This document shows, one piece after another, positions 38,714-50,689 of a DNA stretch of 64,000 nt. A model generated the notes under the pieces. That model saw only the letters and a list, made by a program, of their open reading frames with translations, searched no databases and was not told the origin of the DNA. Numbering within the stretch: the stretch's first letter is position 1; every line of letters begins with the position of its first letter. The stretch is from Cycas panzhihuaensis (lineage: Eukaryota; Plantae; Cycadophyta): contig CM041465.1 in assembly GCA_023213395.1 (NCBI GenBank), positions 15,004,001 to 15,068,000 of the forward strand, given 5' to 3'. Both the position numbers and the translations under genes were made by a program.

Positions 38714-39749
38714 GATTACCTTACAACTGGTTCACAAAGGAGAGAGCAGTATGCATGAGCAGGGATCTAAAGAATGAGACAATTAGGATCATAGTGTTGA
38801 AGAAACAAATAGCATTATGACTAAGGAAAAAATCTATGGATGATTCCAAAGAAGATGTATATTGTAAAACTTGTTATGAGATTGAGGAACTGCCAACACT
38901 AATGCATGTGGCTACAGAGAAAGCAACAAATTTAGTGGAGCCTCCTGTTGATTCTCAGGTTGAAGAAACAACTACTGATGGAGAGGAAGCAGAAACCAAG
39001 CCTTCATATGAGAAGGTGCCGTCAAGAAAATTTAGTTTGGGTCCCTCTCAACTCTTGTTGCATGGCCTTCCAATTTGTGTAACTAGTGCATTACAAATTT
39101 TATACTGTAAAAAAATATTTTTTATGTTATGATTTACGATACAAATCCTTGTATGCTCTATATTGATATCTACACAGACTCAGGATACTGTGAATGCTTT
39201 AGATGAGAACAATAAACAAAGCAGGAGCTTACTCAAAAAATTTTGTAGATGTTAGAGCATAAACAAGGTGGAGAAGGCAAGAACCAGATCCTTTTAATAT
39301 ATTGATGAAAATAAATCAATAAAATAAGTATATATATTTGTATCCAAAAATTTCTGTAATTTATTATATGAGTCTATTCCAAAATAAGGAAAGTTTTTTT
39401 TCAATTGAAAAAAAAATATATTCATACAATATGTATACCATAAAAGAGATTTTTCAAAAAAATAAAAAATTTTACAAAGAAAATATGGAAAAAAAATGTT
39501 GAGTTTTTTTTTATTCAATGGAGCACAAATGAACTAGAAAATTTTTTAAATATTTTGACAAAAATATATCAAGCAAATGAAATGCATTTATTTGTATTTG
39601 ATATCTTTTCAAATATATGAAGTAAATATATCAGAAAAAAGTGTTTAAATTTGAAAAAAAGACATGAAGAACCTGGTAAATGTAGTTGCAGCTGACTTGC
39701 AAAAATGAGATCTATTGTTTATACTTTTTCAGAAGGCTGAATATGCCTC

Positions 39750-40520
39750 AAAAAATTGTAGATCTATTAAAAAACTTGAAAATATAGTTAAATATATAAT
39801 GAAAAAAATAGATCTGTAATGAAATATAGCAGATCTGAACTAAATGTTGTAGAACTACAACAAATATACTAGAAAATATTAAAATAATTACTGAAATAAG
39901 TAGAGCTGAAATGAAATATAATAGATCTGAACCAAATATAACAGAAAATGGTAAAATATTTAATGAAATAACCATATTTAAAAAAATGTAGCAGATCTAA
40001 AAGAAAACTTGATAAATATTATAGATCTTAAGCTAAATATTACAGATATGATGTAAGTATAACAGATCTAAAAAATATAAGGTAAATCTTAAAGAAATTT
40101 AGCTTAAATCTAAGAAAAAACTTGAGTAAATATTATATGCAGTTGTAATATTTCACAGATCTAAAAAATATTTGATAAATAGATTAAAAAAAATTGCTTA
40201 AAAATGCCAAATATTTGATAAAAATGTAGATCTAAGAAAATATATCACAAATCTGAAGAAAACTTGGATAATATGTAGCTTGTTGTTGATCTCCTTCACA
40301 AATCTATGAAAATATTAGATAAATAGATAGAAATCTGCTTGAAAATAATCAAATATATAATAAAATCTATAGATCTAAAAAAATATAGCTTAAATCTAAG
40401 AAAAAACTTGAATAAATATAGCTTGTTGCTAATCTCCTTCATAAATCTATATAAATTTGAAGAAATCTAAAGTATGTTTGTTACATCACAAATATATCTT
40501 AATAATAAGTAAATCTGCTA
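39750..40520. repeat. degenerate AGATCT/AAATCT-rich tandem repeat with ~143-bp higher-order period
   Basis: aaatct(a/g)agaaaa(a)cttg recurs at ~40106, ~40249 and ~40392; many agatct cores. Confidence 0.7.
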
Positions 40521-41129
40521 AAAAATAGAAGAAACTTACTGAAAAAAACTTGTAGAAAATAAATATAACCAGTATTCTCTTTGCTGTGAGTAAATCTGCC
40601 TTAAATGATAGTAAATATTCTTACTTTTCAAAGGAACTTTAGTAGGCTAGCAATCGTTTGCTCTGATACCAAATGTAGAAAAATAATGAAGCTAAACTAA
40701 GCTCTAATACCAAATATTAGAAATAAAATATTACAAGAGTACATGGCAGAACATATACAAAAATCACATAGATTAATATTACATCATAGCATCATAGCTT
40801 CAATATGAAAGCACTTTGTATTCAATCCATATTGTAGTGAAGAGAGTTACAAATTTCCCAATAAGGGTGGTGTCTAAAGACACCAGGGCTACACACCCCT
40901 CAATATTTATAATTTTGGGGGAGGAGGGAAACTCCTCAACACCTGAAATTCAAATTACAATAAAATAATATAAACTTAAGTTAAAATAAACTTAACTCAA
41001 ATTAACTTTAACTTACCTTAACTTACCTACATATGTTGAGCACCTACATGTATAAATTGAAGATGATGAGGTGTGCTCCCCTGGTTGGAAGGTGGGAGTG
41101 GAATGATGACAATTAACTCCAACACTCCT

Positions 41130-44080
41130 ATGTATTTTAAATCTAATTTAACAAGTATGTGCAAGACTAGATATTCTCCAAGGATTGAGGTGTATGTTGT
41201 GATTGATAAGCAGTCTCTAAATTGGGGCTTAAAGTTGGTCTAGTATCTACTATGGTAGTATAAGCCTTATTTTCATCTTCAATCCTTTCAACATTTAGTT
41301 TATTTGAGCATAAGAGTAAAGTGACCAACTGTCCTCCTAATGATAACTTAAAAGAAAGCTTCCCCTAATATTAAATTACCTCAATGGCTAGTAACCATAG
41401 TTTCTCAAGTAAGGTTGGGTATAATTTCTTATGATTTTATATTCACACCATAACAAAATCTTATACAACAATGATCTTAGTCACTATTACTAGACGTTCA
41501 TTAGTATGCCCATTGGTCTCACCTACAATTAGTTTTCCAACTTTATAAAATAGTCCAAAGATACCATTTTTGGTCTTCTTAATGAAATCCAAGAGATCTT
41601 AGGCAACACATTAATCCATAATCTACTATCCACTATGATCTTATAAATACTTGTACTAAATATTACCATTGGCATGAATGAATTAACAACAATGCTCTTT
41701 AAGGCCTTCAATAGAGGCTACCTAATTTGGTCAATGATAATTTACTAAAAATATCTAGCTTCCCACTATTTAAGCACCATATCAATTGGAATAATTACCC
41801 CTATTTTTATTAATAGATCTTTTATTAATTGTAATATTTACTAGAGGACTTTCTTTTTTCTTTTTATCTTTATTGTCATTCCCTCTTGATGTTAAGGCTC
41901 TTGAAATGTTGTCCTTCACTTAAATTTTTGACTTTTGAATTAAGTTTCCTATTATACCTCTTATTTTTCTACCATTTACGTAGCATTTTATAAGGCCTCT
42001 ATAAATTCTTGACCTCTTTTCTTCTCGACTACTAGATTTAGAAATGTTTATGTGAAAAGATTTGTTGAGATTATCCCACTTCATATTTACAAATAATATG
42101 GGACTTTCTTTTCTTTCTTGTTAGGAATTTTCATAATTAGATTTGAGTTTTGTATCTAAATACTGAGGATTTTTATCCATTTCACCCATTTATGGTTTGA
42201 TGGTCCATAGTCCTCATAAATGAAGTCTGCTTCTTTCTTTACCAATGGATAATCTATTTAGAAATGCTCCCATCATAAGCAAAAATGATATTGAATCATC
42301 TTTGTTCTCTCTTTATAATATTTGAATGAATTTCAATCCATCCTTTGATAGAAAGAATTTGGAATCTTAGGTCCTAGTGTAAATCCTCCACATCCTTGTC
42401 CCATATTTGCTCTTCTAATGTTGAAGTAATATTCCTTCGTACTATGATTATTCATTTAGAAAATATCACACTATTTCTCTCCTAACAACTTAAGATGTTC
42501 ACTTTGAATATAACCTTATTGATTATAAGGTGCAATATACCATACATTTTCTCTTGGGAACTATATTTGTACTTGCAACTTTACTAATTTTACTTGCATT
42601 TATTCTACTTAATTATTTTGTAGCCCTATTTGAAGCATCCAATTCTAGATTAGACCCCATTTGAGGTGAATGTTGTAGATAGGCTATCCTTATTTGATTT
42701 TTAAATTTCAAAGCTAATTCATAGACTTTTTCATAACTAGTCATTAGATGTAATCCTACCTTCTCCTTTAAATGAGAGGTTAGCCCTTTAAGCAAAATAT
42801 TATAAAACATGCATAGGAGAAATTAGATTTTATAGATTCATCTTATTGATAATAGTTCTCATTTTTTTATCAAAATTCATCACTATTTCTCTTAGAAATT
42901 ATTGAATTTCTTCCAACACACATAAAATCACCATGGGGTCTTAGAACTTCTTAAATCAATTTAAAAAAAGAGTTTATATATGGTCCCATATTAGATTCTA
43001 TGTTGTAACATACTAGTACCATAATGTTGCAACCCCTCTTAGTGTTGTGAAGAATCTAGCATTAATTTCATCAAGATCTTTAATCTTCTTTTTTCTTAAT
43101 GGATTTATAAACAAAGATAAATGGTCAGTCAACTTCACTTGATCCATCATACTACAAAGGGCCATAGGCTATATCATTTTGCATAATTAGAGAAGGGTCC
43201 ATAGGTTATGTCCAATCAATTGGCATATGAACTCTTTCTAAACCTCCTCCCAATGGTATATTATCCTCTCTAACACCTTCCTTTATGGTGGTGCTGCTTG
43301 GGGTTGCAACATTTCCTTAAGGTTGATTACCCTAACTTCCTGATAAGTTACTTCTTAGTATTTAGGACATATTTATTCTTGCAAATAAACCACCTCTTAC
43401 TTCTCTTAGTAGAATGTTGGTTTCTACCAATGGACCCCAAAAACGTAGTCTAACAAACCTCTCCTCCATCTTTATACACAAGGGGTTATGGCATTAGTTG
43501 TACAATGTTTATTCTTTTAGAGTGGGATGTTCCCAATCTCCACTAGAAATGCTCTAATTCTTAATTCTTTCAATCAAGCAAAAATTGGATGATGTAGTTA
43601 AACTTGGTAATTATTAATTCTCCTAGTTATTTAGGCCTATGATATCTTCCTCTTTTTCACACTACTAACTTCTCTCCAAAAGATCTTCCTCTTTCTCATT
43701 TTGTATTTTGACCTCTTTGAATGAACATCTAATTACTATTAAGGCTTATTACATAGTCCAAACTTGAAATTCAAGTTTTGTAGGGGTTATTATTTCAACA
43801 TTTTTTTCACCATCACTTGGGGTCACTATTTTCTCCCTAGTTATCCCTATAGGTGGTCTACTCTTTACCTATCATTTCTATAGGATTCTAAATCTTATCT
43901 TCCATGTGTCATCTTATATTTTCTCCATTGCCCAATGATCACTACATTCTTCACACATTTATAGTTCTCTTATAGAGTTGGTCTTTTATGGTATGGGAAG
44001 ACTAGATGTCTATTTAGCCTTAAATGTCTATCATTTTACTCACTTCATCCTAGGTTCATGTCTAGGGGTAACATAACTAA
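41130..44080 (-). pseudogene. gypsy gag-protease remnant (upstream part of the element at 33748-35664)
   Basis: IIVDSRLWINVLP...IKLEN protease (41529-41711); gag LLKGLTSHLKEKV...SYEKVYELAL (42613-42810); 5' boundary approximate. Confidence 0.7.
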
Positions 44081-44557
44081 TGCGTGCTTCCTAACCTACA
44101 AACTAAAATTACATGTAATAATAAAAGATGCTACGAATATAGAATTCTATCTTATGTAAAATCAATTCCTTCTTTATTATCAAAAGAGGGAATTATATAT
44201 GGTCCTATTACAACTAGATGCAGCCCTTAAAATAATACATAAAAAGAAATTAGACCATAAGTAAATATGGTAGTAGAGTAATCAATTACATCTAAAAGAG
44301 GAGAAAAGAAATCCCAAAAAACTAATATACATTTACTTCATAACATCAATACATTTATATGATATATAATTATAATTGTTTATTCACTATAATTACAAAA
44401 ATTAATAGGAGTCACTTTTCCATTCATTACCTATAATCGAATGATCCAATCAGTCACTATAATTACAATCCATATGTTTGATCATAATCATGATGGTGAT
44501 CCATAGACTTGATCATGATTTAAAATATAATTAAAGATATAGTCAGTTGGTGAATAA

Positions 44558-44879
44558 TGTTAGGTTAGTGCTCATCACATGACCCCACACTGGAATATGT
44601 AGCACACAAGCCTCAATGGTAAGTTAGGTAAGTGTATTTTTAATGTTGTGCATTATTTTATATAATTTGAATTAGAGGTTGAGGAGGTTTTCCTCCTCCC
44701 TCAAAATTATATATCTCATGGGGTTTTATACCTTGGTGTTCATCAACACCACCTATTTAAGGAATTTTGATGTACTTTTAGCAATCATGGGTTAATAGAA
44801 ATGTTATTTCATATGCTTTACACTATGGATTAAGTTATTTTGGTTTCCTGCTCTGCTCTGCTCTCCACTAGAACCTTCA
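44558..44879 (+). repeat. solo LTR related to the PBS-array family, without PBS units
   Basis: Starts TGTTAGG; shares ggtaagtta.gtaag, ggttgaggag..ttcctcctccc and accttggtgt...acacc motifs with 21151-21600; ends ...ccttca; no clean TSD. Confidence 0.65.
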
Positions 44880-45549
44880 TTATTAGCTTATGCATACTTC
44901 AAAGTCATGTGAAATAAGAAACAATGGTTCAAGAAGCCTATGTTAATTAATTTATATTAAAAAATAAATAATCTCATTCCCACTATGCCTAATTAGTCCT
45001 TCTAGAATTGGACAAGAATTGATTACTTAGTGCTTATGTAAGTAAGCTATTAGATTATATCACATAACTCCTTATTAAAAATAAATAAATATAATAATAT
45101 CTAGTAGGTTGTACTTAAATCAATATCAAACCTTCTTATTTATATATATAAAATATAAAAATAATAAAGGAAATGCAAATGCTTATAAATTGATGTTATC
45201 ATGAATGTATACTTTTCACAAAAGCATGCTAAAAAAAGAACCATTAGCTCTATTTCAAGTAAACCCAATAGGATTTGACTGCATAAAGAACCAAAAATTT
45301 ACTCTAACAACCCAATGTAATCCTTGATAGCTTTATTAATCAGATCAAAATAGCTATTTTTTTAGAAAGGGAACTACTAATTCCTAAATAAAAGAGTACA
45401 AGAAGAAGAAATAGAAAAATAACTTCTTAAGTGACTTGCCCTATTTATATGAAACTATTAATAACTATTTTAGTCTTCTCGCAGGATAACTTACTCTTAT
45501 GCCAAAATGTTATCTTTTCATACTTGTTGATAAATTATGGTTCTTAGTA

Positions 45550-46486
45550 GGTCCTTCACTTAAAAATGATTTGTGCTCAAAGCATGCGTATGATTGTGCA
45601 TTGTAATTAGAAACATTCATCTTCCAATGCTATGTCCTCCTTAAGCAAGTTATTTCTTTTAGTCAAGTACCAATGGATCTATTTAGCTACTAAGAATGCC
45701 TTTTGGTTCCAAAATAATACACTCTTCTCCATCTAATACTAGAAGTTTGCTTTAAATGTATACTACTACATAAATTACCTTTTTAAAGAAAAAGACATGA
45801 AAAACATTATAAATTCAACTAGAATTGGGTAATGCTAAAGTTTATGCTACTTATCCTACTTTTATAAGCATCTAATATGGCCCATGGAATTTTAGGGCTA
45901 GCTTTTCTTTCTAAGACTATTTAAGAGAAACTTTTTTATATAGTTGTAGTTAAAGATATATCCAAACTCCTTCTTGAAATGACCTTTTCACCCAGTGTTG
46001 GTCATTTATTTTATTTGATTTTAATCCATTGTAGATCTTCCTTTAACACCATCAAGATTTACTATGATTATTGTATATAATTCTATATAGCTTGCACCTT
46101 GGTATTAGCATTACTATAACTCTTTACTGAGAGGAGCTCATACATATAAAGAGCCATGGATGGGTTTATTTTTGTTATAAGGTGGTATGCCATATTTTAC
46201 CACTATTCAGCTAGGTTAACCCATTTGTAACATTGGGTCTATTTACTAATAACATAACTTTATAAATACCCTTTAAAGCATTCATTAGTTGCTTCTATTT
46301 GACTATTGGTTTATGGGTGGTATGGCGAGCTTATAGTGTACTTGGTGCTAACTAGTATAAACATCTATTATAGAAATTTCTAGTGTACTTAGTGTTGCTA
46401 TCACTAATAATTACTTTAGGAAACACAGGGAGTTTATGAATTTGATTAAAGAATAATTTAGTTATCTATGTGACCTTAAAAGGTTG

Positions 46487-46553
<67 letters not shown>

Positions 46554-47400
46554 GTAGTTTTTTAAATGATCTACAACTAAAAATGGAATCCTTGCCTTTA
46601 TATTTTTGTAATCAAATCATGAAATCCTTAAAAAATTCCTCATAACTTTGGCTTGAATGTGTAGTGATTATAGGAGTTTGGGAGACTTAGTATTTTTAGT
46701 TTGAATTTGTTGGCAAACTTTGCATGTAACAATGAATGGTTAAGCATACCTTTTTATGCACTTGAAAAAACAAAAGGACTCCTAAACATTATGATAAGTT
46801 TTTAGGAGCCTAAAATGTTCTATAGTGGTGATTACATGGGATTCTTATAATACCTTTTCCTTGAACCTTGAGCTAGGTACAAAGTAGATGTGGTCTTTAT
46901 ACTAGAGAATATCCTAGTCTTAAAAAATTTTACTATTTGAGAAATTCTTGGATTATTGTAAGCTTCAAATAATTTTAAGAACCTCTCAATGTTGTTAACA
47001 TTTCCCTAGATTTCAAATATCAATGATGATACCACTATAAAGATTATGTATAATAAGGTTTCATCATCTCTTCTTGATAATGCATTTGCCACTACATTAT
47101 CTTTTCCCTTCTTCTGAAAATCTTAAAATAAAAAAATTTCAACTTACTAACCCATCTTGGTTGCTTTAATGATAATGATGCCTAGTTGAAGAGGTGGTTG
47201 AAGTTATCATGATCTATTTTGACTTGGAACTTATAGATTATTAAGCATTATATCTATATTGTAATCGTATGAATTATTATCATCTCTTCTCCATAATTGG
47301 ACCTTACTTGTTCTCTAGAAGTTAGTTGATGGCTTTGAAAGATCAAAGCTCATCCTCCTTACATAAGAACTTCCTTGATAACATGGACTAATTGCTGGCA
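45550..47400 (-). pseudogene. pol: chromoviral gypsy (Reina/IFG7-like) RNase H, integrase and chromodomain remnant
   Basis: ANALSRRDDE; SSPYHP*T; W*NMAYH; LDGEECIILEPK...YLTKRNNLLKEDIALEDE resembles the LDEEGKIILEPE...EYLIKWKNLP.ED.TWEDE chromodomain end. Confidence 0.75.
46489..46552. repeat. compound microsatellite (TC)20(TA)12
   Basis: direct reading. Confidence 0.97.
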
Positions 47401-49600
47401 TATAAATTAGGATCAAATAATAAAAATTAGAAACAAAAACATTAGAAAAATTAGTTTCTAAAGGAATACTTATATTCATCTTCTATATCATCTTTTTATA
47501 ATACATATAGTGTAAATATAAACACTATAGTAAATGTAACCTCATATAACTAATGTGAGACATATATGAATAATTGAGTAACCCTTATGACTCATCATTT
47601 ATACATTAATATAAAATTTCTAATAATATAATACACAAAATATGAGACTCATAACTTAAATTTATAAGCTTAGACAACATGTAAATATTAAATATTCTAA
47701 CACTCCCCCTTAATATTTATATCATTTACTCTAAGACCTAAACCACCCTTAAGTATTTGAAATTTATCTCAAGTAAGTGGTTTGGTAAATATACCAGCTA
47801 ATTATTCTTTTATAGACCTACACACCATTTTAATTGCTCCAATCAAAATTAGTTCTTTAATAAAGTGTTAATGCACCTTAATATATCTGGTGTGAGCATG
47901 GAATATAGGTTTTTTGGTAATCTTTAGTATACTTTGATTATCATAGTACAACTTAGTTGCTTCTTATTGATGTAGACCCATGTCCCTAAAAATCTATCAT
48001 AACCAGATGGCTTTAGTGGTTATTGCAATTGTGGCCTTGTACTCTATTTTAATAAAGGAAAGAGCAAAATTAGATTGCTTCTCATTGATTTAAGTCACCG
48101 TAGATAATCATAAACTAAAATAGTAACTATAAGTTGACCTCTTATTATTTACACATCTAGCCTAATTACAATATATAAATCCCTTTAACTTAAAGTTAAT
48201 ATTATATACAAATTCAAGCCTATATTGTGGTGTGCCCTATAAACACCTAAGGATTCTCTTTGTAGCCTTCTAGTGACTCTCCTTTAGTGATGCCATAAAC
48301 CTAGATACCATTCCAGCTGTAAATGAATATTATATGTGGTTGTAATCAAGTAGATGAGATTACCAGCTAGTTGCCTATATAATATACCATCAACATTTTC
48401 TCCATCATCTGCTACTATTAATTTAGAACCTCTCTTGATAAGGGTATATATAAGTTTATAACCCTCTATTATGAATTTCTTTAAAATCTTCCAAGTGTAT
48501 TTTGCTTATGAGATAAAGACACATGCAAGCCCTTTCTATACATCTAATCTAAGAAAATAATGAAGTATTGCTAGATCTTTCATCTCAGAGACTTGATTTA
48601 GATTTATCTTCAAGTCTAATATCATTTTAATGTCATTACCTATGGTTAGTAGGTCTCAATGAATAATACCATAAATATAACTCTATGGCTTAAAACCTTA
48701 ATATATAGGTTTATGTTAGCTAGAGATCTCTCAAACCTATTTTTTAAAAGGTACTAATTACTTTTCTTATACTAGGTTCTTAAAGCTTACTTTAGGCCAT
48801 ACAAGGATTTTCTAAGTTAATATACAAAATGCTCCTAACTTTTGTATACAAAGTCAATCAGTTACTTCATGTAAACCTATTTTATCAAGTCTTTATTTAA
48901 GAATTCACTTATTACACCTATTTAATGAAGCTACTAATTTAACTTAGAAACAATTACCATAATAAGTCAAATAGTGTTCATCTTTACAATTGGAGTGAAT
49001 GTCTCTCAGTAGTTGATTCCTTCCTACTACTTGAAGTCTTTAGCTACAAGTTTAGCCTTATCATTATCCATAGATCCATATGATCTATACTTGGTCCTAT
49101 AGACCCATTTATAATTGATTGTTTGCTTCCAAATGGGTAATTCTACTAAATACCAAGTGTGATTCTTCCTTACTACTTAGATTTCAACACCCATAACATC
49201 ATTCTATTTTTGCTTCTTCACTATCTCCTTAATAGTAAAAGGTTTGTTTGCATTTGACACATGTATTACAAGAGTGAAATTCACCTACTTCAAGGGGTCA
49301 TATTTTTTACTTTTATTTACTCTCTATCTTAGGTAACCACTTGTTAACATCCTCCATGGTTTCAAGTACCATTGAGGCAACTTCTTTTGTGAAAAAAGTG
49401 GGAAAGGTATGGGAGTTTTTTTAGGCATAAGCTTAGGCTCATGCAAAGGCTTCTAAAACTTGAATGATTCTATCTCTATTATTTCACTAATGTTAGGTAT
49501 AAATAATTCAACATTAGTCTTAGTTAGGTCCTATAAATAACTACATTTAAGCTACTCCTCAATCTACTCCCTAAATAAAGAAAGATTGTTGATTATGTGA
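47401..49600 (-). mobile_element. Ty1/copia 3' half: RT, RH, PPT and 3' LTR (47401-47702)
   Basis: ...ctaaca then ctccccctt PPT at 47703; LYYDNQSILKITKNLYSMLTP; YRQLAGNLIYL; KSLYGLK; KAKLVAKDF; inserted in the chromovirus RH. Confidence 0.85.
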
Positions 49601-49723
49601 GAGACTATGTCTTTATAAATACATGAAATATTTATAACTACTTACTACATGTAAGCCATTTGTCTACTAATTATCACTATTATAGAGAAGAGGGAATGAC
49701 ATATAGCCCACATTAACCTTTAA

Positions 49724-50685
49724 TGTCATGACTTAGATAAAATATTATCTCTAATAACAATAATAAAAAGCATAGGTACATAGTATATAATAGTTTATAT
49801 GGGAAACCCTTTCAAGAAAAAAACCACCATAGAGATCATTATATCACATCGATAATTTTGGGATGAATTTATGATGGACTCTAGGGTTATTTATAGTCTC
49901 CTAAATGGTACATCCAACCAAAATGGTTGTGACCCTTTGAAATATTTATACCTTTTTACTGAATATTAACTAAATCACATTTAGCATTAAATAAGTAGTT
50001 TAGTCTTAACTACTAGGCTAACATCCCCCATTAAGGTAAATGTTAGGATTTGATCTATAGTTTGAAATCATTGATGAAGGCTAGAATTATCCTTCTTGAT
50101 ATATCTCACCCTTAAGGATAGCTTATCTAAATACCAATCTACTATAAATCTTAGCGAATTGATCTTCAGTAAGTGCTTTGGTAAATATATTTGTAAGATG
50201 CTCCTCACTTAGATAAAAGTCAACTTGTAACTTTCTTGCTTGGATCTATTCATGAATATAATGGTGGTAAATTTTAATATGATTTATATGCATACAAAAC
50301 TCTAGATTCTTTAATAAATAAATAGTGTTTTGATTATCGACTAAAATAACTGGGGTACTATAAGATATACTAAGGATATCTAAAAGTCCTTATAACCATA
50401 TAGCTTCTCTCATATTAATTATGAGTCCCTCATACTCTACCTCTATAGAAGATAGTGATATTACCTATTACTTCTTTAATTTCCATAATATAAATCCATT
50501 GCCAATACCAACCACATATCTAGTAGTGGATTTTCAATCATTAGACTCTCCTTACCAATCTACATTAGTGTAGCTATGCAACTTTACATCTCCATCATAA
50601 AGGTACTCTAGACCAAGATTAAGAGTCATTTTTAAAATCTCAGAGTCTACTTTGATACAATCTAGTTTACTGGCTTCAAGCTAAT
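49724..50685 (-). mobile_element. Ty1/copia 3' fragment: RH, PPT and 3' LTR (49724-50023)
   Basis: TGTCATG...ctaaca followed by tccccca PPT; YTNVDW*G, LSSIEVEYE, LVDNQNTI, LTNIFTKAL. Confidence 0.8.
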
Positions 50686-50689
50686 TGCT

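Larger units (their letters stand above)
35665..41124 (-). mobile_element. non-autonomous copia-derived LTR element (LARD/TR-GAG-like) with a PBS unit inside both LTRs and a captured antisense gene fragment
   Basis: Two 451-bp LTRs (35665-36115, 40674-41124); TSD CTCCC/CTCCT; PBS at 40660-40671; PPT at 36116-36126; no PR/INT/RT; splits a gypsy pol. Confidence 0.93.

Noticed and set aside
39294-39975. Hydrophobic membrane-protein ORFs (also 187-375, 15541-15741, 36997-37200, 55805-56008)
   Set aside because: Phe/Ile/Leu richness comes from T-rich low-complexity DNA or antisense frames; no motifs.
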